Assembly: GCF_036971445.1 (NCBI RefSeq)
Contig: NC_091471.1
Coordinates: 249,054,001-249,118,000, forward strand
Direction of reading: 5' to 3'
Source of the DNA: Narcine bancroftii
Lineage: Eukaryota
DNA: 64,000 nucleotides
The notes below the pieces were generated by a model. The model was not told where the DNA came from, searched no databases, and worked only from the letters and a program-made list of their open reading frames with translations. A program made the position numbers and the translations under genes. This document shows positions 37,741 through 49,291 of this stretch, one piece after another. The stretch's first letter is position 1; every line of letters begins with the position of its first letter.

Positions 37741-37999
37741 GTATATTTAATTGAATTAAAAAGTGACCATAAATACAAAAAAAGATAATACAGTAAATAT
37801 TTGCAGTTATCCTCGTGCAAAATATCTCTTACAGTCTTGGCATATTGTGGAACTTCACTTATACTGATGTAGTTAATGGATCTTATTCACCTGTAAGAAT
37901 CTCAGTACATATGTACATTCTACTTATGTATATAACAATCATTTTTTGTATCATATACTTTCAACAGGAAGCTATGGAATATGAAGGGTGGAAGGTGAC

Positions 38000-38700
38000 T
38001 GATTCAGATTTCCGATTTATTGGCAGAGTACATACATGACATCACATATAATCCAAAGATTCCTTTTTCCTGTGGGCACGGCAGAATCACCATTAATTAT
38101 TAGGGCAATAAAAACTGCACAGCATAAACATGTAAACAAATAAAGAACTGTAAACAGATAACAAATGTAAACAAACTGACTGTGTAATACAGAGAATAAA
38201 AAAGAAAATCATTAAAGTGCACAACTAAGAGTCCTTAAATGAGTCTCTGATTGAATTTAACCATTGAGGAGGGGTAGCAGCCATTCCTGAACCTGGTGGC
38301 ACCGATATCTCTTTCCTGATGGCAGGAGCGAGAACAGAGTGGGTGTTTGATGATTGCTGCTGCTCTCCAACAGCAGTGTTCCCTGCATATGTTCTCAATA
38401 GTCAGGAGGGTTTTGCCTGTGATGCTCTGAGCTGCGTTCACTTCCTTTTGCAAGGCTTTATGCTCAGGGATATTGGTGTCCTCATACCAGACCGTGATGC
38501 AGCCGATCAGCACACTTTCCACCACACCTCTGTGGAAATTTGCCAGGGTTTCTGGTGTCATACCCAACCTCCGCAAAGTAGAAGCGCTGACGTGCTTTCT
38601 TCACGATGCCATCAGTGTGTTTGGTCCAGAAAAGATCCTCTGAGATAGTGACTCCCAAAAACTTAAATTTGCCCACCTTTTCCACCTCTGACCTTCAATC
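38000..38700 (-). mobile_element. Rex/Babar-like LINE 3' fragment
   Basis: FKFLGVTISEDL..KKARQRFYF; same family as 12645-13740 and 44170-45020. Confidence 0.8.
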
Positions 38701-39589
38701 TCTAACAGGTTTGGGAAGGTTGACTGGGAGGGAGAAACAAGTGAGTGACTGGAATGGGAGGCTGGGGTGGCAAGTGAGAGAGAGAGATAACTATCAACTG
38801 GTTGGGATTCATGGGTGTGAATTATCAAGGCTAAATAGGTGGGGACTTATCTCCCTGGAGAACAGGAGACTGAGGATGACCTAACAGAAATTTACAAAAT
38901 CTTGAGAGGCGTAGAGGGGATAGATTTAAGGTGGGAGGGGAAACATTTTAGAGGGGAAACTTTGTTACATGAAGGGTTTACATTTCAATTTAGACCTACA
39001 GCACAGTAACAGACCCTCTTGGTCCAAGAGCCCATGCCACCCAATTACATCCAATTGACCTAAAGGCCCCGTATGCTTTGAACGGTGGGAGGAAACTGGA
39101 GCACCCAGAGGAATCCCATGCCAACATGGGGAGAACATACAAACTCCTTACAAACAGCACCGGATTCGAACCCCGGCTGCAGTCATTGGACAGTGAGGTC
39201 TCCACAAAGATTGGAGGCTCAGGATAAAATTAATGGAAAATTTCAGTTGAGACCACAGGGAATGGATCGCTGAGTTTCAATAGTAAGGTCCTTTTGTCTG
39301 CTGTATGTTCCACAAAGGAGAATGTCATATTTTTGCACCACTTTTCAGAATTTTCCCAATGTCAATAATCATGGATCAGCCCTCACCTGAAAGACAGAGC
39401 CCTTGACACTGCAGCCATGCCTCAGTATTGCACTGAACTGCATCTTTGTGTTTGCATCCCAAGTGGAATTTGAACCATGCCTTTCTGGTTCAGACAACAG
39501 AACTACTCAGTGAGCCCTGAATACAGTCTAATCCTTCAGCACTCCCACACCCAAACTTCTGCTTGGATAACAATTGTAGTTAGCCTCAT

Positions 39590-40380
39590 CAGTAGTTGGC
39601 CCCATTAGCAACAACGATGAGTCGCAGTAACAATCTGAGTCTCAACATCGACAAAAGAAATGATAGTGGACCAGGAGGATTAGGAATGACCATCCTCCAC
39701 TACACATCAACAACTCTGTAGTGGGGAGAGTGGAGAGTGGAGAGTTCCTTGGAGTTCACTTAATTAGTGACCTGTTGTGGACACTCAACATCTTCTCACT
39801 TGTCAGGAAGGCGCAACAGTGACCACACTTCCTGAGAAGACTGAAGCGGGCAGGATTACCGGTCACCATTATGTCAGCCTTCTACAGGAGCTCTAACAAG
39901 AACATTCTGACTGGCTGGATCACAGTGTGATATGGTTACTTCAGAGAAATGGATTGGAGGTCAATCCACAAGAGCAGCAGAACAGATCACTGGAGTCTCC
40001 CACCCTGAATGACGTGATCTACCGGGATCATCTGAAGAAGGCGCACAACATCATTGAAGACCCCCTCCACCTTCCACACATCTTTCAGTTGCTCCTGTCA
40101 GGAAAGAGATACAGGAGTATCAGAGCCAACCCCACCAGGCTGAGGAACAGCTTCTTCCCACAGGCAGTGAGAATGCTGAACAACCAAAGGAACCGCTCAC
40201 ACTGACCATCCGAGACCTCATATTTATGAAACAACATTTATTTATTGATATATATGTATAGTTGCCCTGCATATGTGTTATGTCTGGTTGTGTGTCTGTG
40301 TGTTTTGCACCGAGGACCAGAGAACGCTGCTTCATCGGGTTGTTCTTCCGCAATCAGATGACAATGAACTTGACTTATCA
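39590..40380 (+). mobile_element. Rex/Babar-like LINE 3' fragment
   Basis: FLGVHL..DLLWT, RKAQQ, LLLSGKRYRSIRANPTRLRNSFFPQAVRMLN. Confidence 0.75.
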
Positions 40381-40546
40381 TGGACTGTTCGTCAACTGTC
40401 AGCAGTGGACATCTGCTGTCAGATTTTCTGCAAAGAAACTTCACCTCATTTCCCTCATCCACACATCCTTCCCCTTCCAACCAGTTCTGGATGAGCAGAA
40501 ATTTCCTCTGACTAAATCTTGCAAAGACCCTTGGCTTCCATCATTG

Positions 40547-40825
40547 TGGTGGTACACCACTGGCCTACTGCAGCGGGCAACCACTGTACCTGCAGAAGAG
40601 CACAGGGACAAGACAAAACCTGGCTGGCTGCTAATCAGCTGGACTGAATAGACCAAGCCCCACCTGGTCAGGTGTCAGGATATAAGCCAGAGCTGGCCCT
40701 TCAAAGTCACTCTCAGAGTTTACAGCAGCTCTCCTCACTGCTGGCTCTGTGGAGGTTTATGTCGAATAAAGCCTGTTGTACAGTCTTTTGGCTTTATGTG
40801 TTTGCTTCTGACCGACAACGCACCA
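40547..40825 (+). mobile_element. Probable solo LTR
   Basis: TGGTG...CACCA terminal inverted ends, internal TATAAG (~40681) and AATAAA (~40765); no clean TSD. Confidence 0.6.
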
Positions 40826-41978
40826 TAATCATAAACTCAATCTTTCTATCTCTTTCCCCATGTGTTTTGGCATGACTTTTTCTTTTGCTTGGGCTATTTT
40901 GACTATAAACTGTCCTCAGTATTATACGTGTGGTAGAATCAGGGGGAAGATGAAGATGTACATAGAATAAAATGGAACGTGTAGATGACAACATAGAGCC
41001 CAGAAAGAGCCTCATCTAGTCTCTCCAAGCATCAGGCGCTCATTTACATTAATCTTACACCAATCCCTCAGATTCTATCACCTCTGCTGCACACAGGAGC
41101 CATTTTACAGCAGCCAATGAACCACCAACCTGCACATTTTCAGCACGCGGATGGAAATTAGAGCATCTGCAGGATACTAACATCGTCGTCCAGAAAACGT
41201 GCAACCTCCCCATAGAGAGCACTAGATTGAATGCAAGTTGTCAGAGTTAGGAAGTCCATGAGCTGCGCCACTTTTTTGGCCTTGGTGCTTGGATGGGGAG
41301 GGTAGCGCCAAGAGCCTATGGGGTGTGACACTATAACACTCAAGTGCAGCACACCAATACTTTCTGGCAAGATGTAGGGAGCGACATAATAAATGAAATA
41401 TCGGCAGCTGGCTTCCTGTACTCCCAGTACTGGCAGACCAAGAACAATTAATATTGTTTCCCATGGCACTTGCTGTAAATTCTGGAACACACAGCATTCC
41501 CCATTGATTCCAATCAGAACTGGATGTTCAAAGGGCCCCAAAACACTCCTCATCCTGCAACCATCAATGCAGTCTTAGGTGTTATCACAACAGAGCCCAG
41601 TGCATCCTTTCACAGATTCCACACACATCCCAGGGCTTGTGTTACAGAGGCCCCTCCAAGATCATAACACAGGATTGTCCCAACTCCTCTGTCAATCTCA
41701 GAGAGATACTACACCCTCACGTTCTATGAGACACCCACAAAGTTACAGTTTGTTTTGAGTGCTAAATAGATGCTACGTAAACAATTAAAAGGACACTCTC
41801 TTGTCTTCAGCACAAAAATTGTCGATATTTTATTTTTCAGCACAAACCTTCTTCTTCCCAGAATCCTCTACAGCCACGCCCCTTGCCTTTCCCATTTGCT
41901 CTAAGCCCGCGGGTGATGAAAGTATGCAGCCGCGACACATTAGTAACCAAGAGGTTCTATTAGAGTGATAAGTTGGAT

Positions 41979-41984
41979 TTTATT
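41979..41984 (-). terminator. Candidate WDR83OS poly(A) signal
   Basis: AATAAA on the minus strand ~310 nt after the stop. Confidence 0.5.
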
Positions 41985-42291
41985 TATATTATCGTGTCAT
42001 GAGTCCCTGTGCCGTGACATATATTTCCCTGTAAGGTGCCCTCTGCACAGCTCAGCATTGATTCCTCACTGGGAAGTCAGGACTGGCAATGCCACCAAAA
42101 CTTGAAAGGTGAGCTGGTGTTGGAGGAAAGATGGGTGTCCTGCACCCTGGCTTCAGTGTGCTGGGTGTGACTTAGTGATAGGGCAGGGGTTACTGGCATC
42201 AGGTGATGGGGGAGAAATTAGGAAGGAGGACAAATGAATTTATGGCGTCCCCTCCCTTGTCCATTACCGGAGATGCAAATGGCTTCATCCT

Positions 42292-42358
42292 TCACCACGG
42301 CGGTGACATGGGCTGTGGGTTCTGAAGGTACGACATCACCACAGCTGAAATTGACAAC
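42292..42358 (-). CDS. WDR83OS: WDR83OS exon 4
   Basis: [21 protein letters not shown]; ctttgcag acceptor. Confidence 0.95.
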
Positions 42359-43947
42359 CTGCAAAGCCAGACAGAAGGGACTGGGTGAGGGATTTACACA
42401 AACCAAATCACAGAGCAACTGCTCATCCCTCCATTACCTAAACAACCTCCCACTCTGCAGACACCATGTTTGGTTAAAAACACTAGAGTGGAGAAACTCA
42501 GCTGGTGAAACATTAAATAATGATACAAGGGTGGCACAGTTAGCATAGCGGTTAGCAAGATGCTGTTATAGCGCCAGTGATCGGGACCATGGGTTCAGAA
42601 TCCCGTGCTGTCTATAAGGAGTTTCTGTGGGTTTCCTCCAGGGGCTTCAGCTTCCTCCCACCTTCAAAACGTACCAGGGGTTATAGATCAATTGGGTGCA
42701 TTTGGGCAGTATGGGGTCCTAGGCTGAAAAGGCCTGTTGCTGTGCTATATGTCAAAATTTTTATTAAATTAAATATATACTTTCATCAAAGTATGAAAAA
42801 ATGTCGGCAAGCGTCCAAGCAAAATGGTGGGGAGGAGAGGCAGGGAAAAGAGCACGGTCTCAAAGTCAGGAAGAAGCATTAGTTATGCATATTTATTTTT
42901 GCAAAATAATGTACTCTGACTGGCTGAATTTCTCTCGCATTGTGTTTTTAACCTCCCACTCTGCCTTTGTGATCTCTTTATTCCTCTCAATCTTCCCATT
43001 CACCTGTTTGATCCCTACTACTAATCTGAGTATCAAACTGAGTTTATCAACATGAGGGAGCATTGCACTGTCCTTTGGATGAGACAAACGTGACTGCCCT
43101 TCACACGTTCTTCCCCGTCCATACAATGTTCAGTGACTACTTGATATATTGAATTCATAGGAAGATAAATATTTAAGCCCAAAACCAGCCCTTTGGCCCA
43201 TTGAGTCAGTGCCAACCATCAACAACCCATTTACTTTAATCTTATAGTGACCTCTTTTTATAATTTCCCCTCCTTTTCATCAATTCTCCCAAATTTCTAT
43301 AGCAACAAACAATCTGCTGCAGGAATATTCAGTGGGCCAAGGAGCAGCAATGGGAGAAAAGAATTATTGGTGTTTCAGGCCAGAGCCCTTTGTTGTAACA
43401 AGTGAAAGCACAATGCTGGAGAAACTCAGCAGGTCAAACAGTGTCCTTTAGGTAAAGGTTTATCTTTAGGCAAAGGTGAAAATTCATAACTGACATTTCA
43501 GACTTGAGCCCCCTTCATCAAAGCATGAGATTCTCCAGCATTGTGCTTTTATTTCAACCACGGTGTCTACTGATTTTCGCGTTTTACTTTTCCCTTTGTT
43601 GTGACTGTGTTTTCAGTCTTGTTGAAGGATTTTGGGGTGAAACCAACAATTCTTTTCTCCCATTAATGCTGCACGACCCACTGAGTTCCTCCTGCAGCAG
43701 GGCAGAGACTGGGAGAACACCTCCCCTTCCCTCCCCAGTTAAAGCCTGGGATGCGACATTACATGGCTGTGGACCAGCGAGGGGCTCCATGGCTGAAGGA
43801 CCCACATAGCCTACAGGCTGCCAGAAACTGGCTCATGGGAACCACGTACTGGAACCGGGATTTGAGAGATTGCTGAGAGCGCATCTGGGGGAAACCCACC
43901 CAGTCACAGGGAGCACAGGCAAAATATGCACGTCGGGTTTCACTCAC

Positions 43948-44045
43948 ATGAAGCTGCTCATCATTTGCTTGGTGTCTTCCGAGCTGCGCGAATTTGCAAA
44001 GCTAATGAAAGAGCAGTACACGGCAATCCAAGCACAGCATTTCAA
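43948..44045 (-). CDS. WDR83OS: WDR83OS exon 3
   Basis: [32 protein letters not shown](M); cag/gtgagt. Confidence 0.95.
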
Positions 44046-44169
44046 CTGGGGAAAGAGGAGATAACTGGCAGACGGTGACCAAATTACACGCCGCACCCTA
44101 ATTCCCAGCCAAATCCAAAACCCAGATTCTTAGCCCCTTGCTCTATTTGCCAAACATCTATGACCGTGA

Positions 44170-45020
44170 AGATTGGTACGAGAAAACCATCTACAGATTC
44201 GGGTTGTAGAGAAAAAGACGATGAGCCAGCATACAGGAGGGAGAGTGAAAAGTTGGCTGAATGATGCATCAACAACAACCTTGCATTCAGTGTCACCAAA
44301 AACCAAGGAGGTGATTGTTGACTTCAGGAAGGGATAACCAGAGATGTACGATCCAGTGATCATCGGGGGATCAGAGGTGAAGAGGGTGAGCAAATTTAAG
44401 TTCTTGGGAGTCACTATCTCAGAGGTTCGTACCTGCACCCAACACACTAATGGCTTTGTGAAGAAAATACGTCAGCGCCTCTACTTCCTCAGGAGTTGGC
44501 AGAGGTTTTGTATGGCATTGGTAAACCTGGCAAATTTCTACAGATATGTGGTGGAAAGTGTACTGACCAGCTTCATCAGTCTGGTGTGTGGACACCAATA
44601 CCCATGAGCATAAAGCCCTGCAAAATGCAGTGGACACAGCTCAAAACATCACAGGGAAAACCCTTCCCACCATTGAGAACATCTACACCCAGAATATGCT
44701 CTGTTCTCACTGCTGCCATCAGGAAAGAATTATAGGTGCCATAAGACTCACACCACCAGGTTCAGGAACAGCTGCTCCCCCTCCACCATCAGACCCCTCA
44801 ACAACAAACTCAATCAGGGGCTCATTTAAGGACTCTTACTTTTGCACTTTATTGATTTTTTTTCTTTCTTTATTGCAGTCAACTTGTTTATATTTCTTTA
44901 TTTGTATGTTGAGTAGTTTTCTTTGTGCTACCAATAAGTGGTAATTCTGCCTCGCCCGCATGAAAAAGGAATCTCAGGGTTATATGTGATATCATACATA
45001 TGTACTCTGATAATAAATCT
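44170..45020 (+). mobile_element. Rex/Babar-like LINE 3' fragment in WDR83OS intron 2
   Basis: KFKFLGVTISE..KKIRQRLYFLRS motifs. Confidence 0.8.
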
Positions 45021-45673
45021 GCCATTGTATAGGATGATTCTCAACACTTCAAAATTTCTCCTTAAAATTGAGTTGTCCTATGCAAGGAGTCTTAAATTCT
45101 TTTCTTACCAATGAAGTCTCAACAATGCCACCATCTTCCCACTGGTTCCAACACAATCTTGCACACGGCCTGTTAGTTATTTGCAAAGATTCAGCACTCC
45201 CCTGCGGGGTCCATCCACCAGATCTGACTGTTGTTGGTTCTGTACGGGCTTTAAATGGCCTGTTACAGGAGCCAACTGTGGTTTATTTTAAAATATCCAA
45301 ATAGAATTTAAACCTTTAAATGGTAATTTGTTGTTAAAATATTGCGATTTGCTTTTAACAGCATCCACTGGTCAACGGTAAGTGCCGGATTTGGGACTCG
45401 TCTTACACAAAGGGTATCATTCAAACCCAACATGGTGGAAATTCTGGGGTCATCCCATGTAATGGCATGTATGGTAATGACACACTTTTTTTTGAACACA
45501 AACTGCTACAGGTCCTGCTCTGGAAGTCCGTGTGCAAGAGGGAACAGAACTGATTCACCCCAAGCAAATTCAAAATGGGGTGCTCAGAGGGCAACATCCC
45601 AGCATGGAGGTGATCAGGGAGAAGGAGACCATTTGGGAAAAGGGAGAGAAAGAAGGACAACAGGTCAAAGTAC

Positions 45674-45779
45674 CTTTAACATCAGTCCACACATACTGAA
45701 AATCATGCCCAGCAAGTTCATGTAATCCGGAGTTGGGTCTTCCAGGGTTGGGTTGTTATCACTGGCTGGCGGCTTATAT
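45674..45779 (-). CDS. WDR83OS: WDR83OS exon 2
   Basis: [35 protein letters not shown]; ccag/gtac. Confidence 0.95.
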
Positions 45780-45831
45780 CTGGAATTAAACAGGTTCATT
45801 AGAAGCAAGAGACAGCTTTCATGACCTTGTC

Positions 45832-46104
45832 CAGTGGTTCTCAACCTTTTTATATCACTCACCTTAAGTAATCCCTTACTAACCACAGAGCATCTTATTC
45901 AAGATTCAATTTATTGTCAGGTAATAAAGACTGTGCAATATTACGGCAGACAGATTTGCCATCGGCTGAAATTGCCTGAAGTGCCTCTTACAGTCAGAGG
46001 AAGAGAAGCAAAAGAGAGTCCCTCCAGACCGAGTGATGCTCTGTGGTTAGTAAGGGATTTTTTTAAGGTAGTTGAGTGGACGTACAAAAAGTTGAGAACC
46101 ACTG
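45832..46104. mobile_element. hAT MITE with an internal insertion
   Basis: TIRs cagtggttctcaac / gttgagaaccactg; TSD accttgtc/acctagtc; same family as 5358-5501. Confidence 0.8.
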
Positions 46105-46348
46105 ACCTAGTCACTGAGCCCAATGCCATTCAAAAAATGTTCAGGGCAAATTCCATCTGCAAGTCTTTCTTCTAACATTGTCCAACTCCATCAAAATTCT
46201 ATTGATCTCAGCCTGGAATAAACTTAATAATGGAGAAGCCAGACTCTGAAGCAGAGATTCATCACCCTCTGAAGTGAGGAGATTTCTCCTGAGCTCAGTT
46301 CTAAACAGCTTCTTAGCATCCGCCATTTCAATCCCTCTCAGCGACTTA

Positions 46349-46862
46349 CACTGGACAACAAAGATTTTTCTTCCGAATATTTTATGGGCTGTGAGCTGCT
46401 GATCATGAAAATCACCTGGAAATTTTCCTATCATGTTCCATTTTTGTGATTTCCTGTCATATTTTAAGTCTACTTCAAGCATCCAAAACCACACTTGGAC
46501 GACTTCCCTGCTGATCTTGGTGCAGTCAGTGACGAACATGGTGAAAGGTGACATTACAACCACGGAAAAGCGGTATCAGGGCTACTGGAATCCATCAATG
46601 CTGGCCAGCCATTGTTGGACGCTGACACAAGAGGCATCAGATATGAAAATCAGTAGCAAAACATTTTTAGGTCAGTTGAATTAACGCAATGTGCCAGCAT
46701 CTTTATGCGATTAAACATGCTAAATTCAATAAAAGTTAATTTAATGTTTCTCCAACTTCTTAATCTGAAATTATCTTTGTGTTCAGCTTGAATTTGTCTA
46801 TCGTAATACCCTCTTTTTTTCCAGGAAGCAAGCCTTTTGAAAATAAAAATTGTTGCCCAGTG
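46349..46862 (+). mobile_element. Chapaev3-like non-autonomous element
   Basis: tta-CACTGGACAA..GCCCAGTG-cta; EKRYQGYWNPSMLASHCWTL remnant. Confidence 0.78.
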
Positions 46863-47179
46863 CTATCGATCTTAAAGAGAAAACATTTTTCTTTTGAACT
46901 CCAGCAAATACTGATCAATCTCACTTGTGCTACCACACAAAACTCTATTGGAATTAATTTACTGAACCTTCATTTACATTATATCCTCCAGTATTGTGTC
47001 CCAAGCTTTATGTTTTTAGACCTTTTTCCACCTATACCATAGCCCAGCATTACGCAGGAGGGGGTCCATATCCAGGATACCAGAGTTCAGTGTTAGTCAT
47101 TCAGCACAGAACCATTGACCAACTGTGTCCACACTGACCATCTACACTAATTTTACGTTATCCTCACTTTTTATTCAGC

Positions 47180-48720
47180 TGCTCCCATCAGGGAAGAGAT
47201 ACAGGAAATCTGACAAGTATATCTGACAGCTGTGAAAAGCTCTAAATGACATAACCTGCTATGTGCCAAATCCTGTGCAATACAGGACAGCAAAGTTTCA
47301 CTCTCAGATGAGGTTCTATGCGAGATTTGACCACCAGAACCATTGTTCACGCCCACGTCTCCTCTATTATCAGGGTACAAAGATGTCATGCAGACTGCCT
47401 TCAGGAGAGTGAATACGAGGAAAGCATCCAGTCCGGACAGAGTACTGAAAAACTACGCTGACCAACTGGCGAGTGTATTGTCAGAGTTCTTCAACCTCTC
47501 ACTCTGACAGAGTGTGGTACCCAACTGATTCAAACAATGGTCCAGAAGAGTGTGGTAACCTGCCTAAACAACTATCAACTAGTGGCACTCACATCCACAG
47601 TGATGAAGTTTATCAAGTGGTTGGTCTGGAAACATATCAGGTCCTGTCTGAGCAGCAACATAGACTTGTTCCAATAGGCCTATCTCAGCAACAGGTCTAC
47701 AACAGACGGTATCTCACTGGCTCTTCACAAAACCTTGGACAGCAAAAATATAGGCATCAGGATGTTCCTCATTGAGTTTAGCATTTAACGCCATCATCAC
47801 TAATCAGGAAATATGGACCCCACTGTGTAATCAGAAGTGGAGAGGATCAGCAACATTTAAGTTCCTAGGGGTCACTATCTCAGAGGATCTGACCTGGACC
47901 CATCATACCATGTCAGCACCTCAACTTCCTCATGAGTTTGCAAAGGTTTGAGATGTTATCAACATCTGTGGCAAATTTTTACAGATGTGCAGAGGAAAGT
48001 GTGCTGATAGGCTACATCAATGCCTGGTACGGGGGCACTAAAACCTCCGAGCTAAATTCCTGCAAAAAGTCGTGGACTCAGCCCAGTACATCACATGCAA
48101 AACCCTCCCCTCTAACGAGAATGTTGACATGGAATGTTGCCTTTGGAGAGCAGCTGCAACGATCATCAAGGATCTACACCACCCAGGACATACTCTGTTC
48201 TCACTGCTACCATCATCAAGGAAGTAAAGGTACCACAGGACTCGTTCCACTAGCATCAGGAATAATTGCTACCCTTCAACTATTTGACTCTAGCGCTATC
48301 TGTAAGGAGTTTGTACATTCTCCCCATATCTATGTAGGTTTCCTCCAGGAGCTCTGGTTTCCTCCCACCCTTAAAAACATACCGGAGGATTTGGGAGGCC
48401 CAGGCTAATTAGTAGACTGGAATGGCCTGTTACCGTGCCGCATGTCTAAAATTTTAAAAATTAAACTCCTGAACATCAGAGACTCATTTAGGGATTCATA
48501 TTTTGCACTTTATATATTACTGTATATTTATACATCTGTTACTGTTCTGTAGGTTTAACTTTAAAATCTGCATTTGCACAGTCAGCTTGTCTTTAGTTCT
48601 CGCTTCCTTTGAGCAGAGTTTAGTTACCAGTAATTAGAAATTCTACCTGGCCTGCAGAAGAAGAATCTCACGGTTGGATGTGATGTCATATATGTACTCT
48701 GACAATAAACTTGGATTTTG
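47180..48720 (+). mobile_element. Decayed Rex/Babar-like LINE with SINE insertion
   Basis: [33 protein letters not shown] remnants. Confidence 0.65.
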
Positions 48721-49229
48721 AAATAAACTTAAAAACAGAACTAAGAAGAGCCATTTCCGCGCTGAATCTCTCCTCGACTATAATTTACTTCTCGAGCATC
48801 CAAGTGGACTGACCAATGCTAATCAATAGGCACTTTTAAGCTGCAGCAACTGGGTGGCCCTCCTGGGATCCAGGTGCGATTTCTGGGGCAAAGGTGCTTC
48901 CAGCATCTTTTAAGCTGTTTCGAAAACCTTTTAAGCTGCAGGGAGATTGACCCATTAAGTAGCCAACCCGGCAATTTAAGGGTGGATCCTGCCCCCGCGA
49001 TGACGCGGCATGCACTCACGAGACCTATCGGTAGTCTCATCCGCACCCCCCCCCATTGGCTGTCAGTTGCTCCCCACCCACCGTATTAACCTGACCGGAA
49101 GTCAGATGGTAAGCACTGGAGCTGGAAGGTGGAGGATGATGAAATAAGGGAAGCAGGAAAATAAAGACACTGGTAAAGCATGTTGTGATGGTGTTATTAA
49201 TTTCACATTTCGGGCCAAAAATGTGACAT

Positions 49230-49242
49230 TGGCGACGAGGAT
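49230..49242 (+). other. Primer-binding site, tRNA-Ser(GCT)-like
   Basis: TGGCGACGAGGAT one base after the 5' LTR, complementary to the vertebrate tRNA-Ser(GCT) 3' end as recalled. Confidence 0.75.
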
Positions 49243-49291
49243 AAACATTTTGGATTTTGAATCGGTGGCTTTGAGCTGGAAGGTTTTCTTA

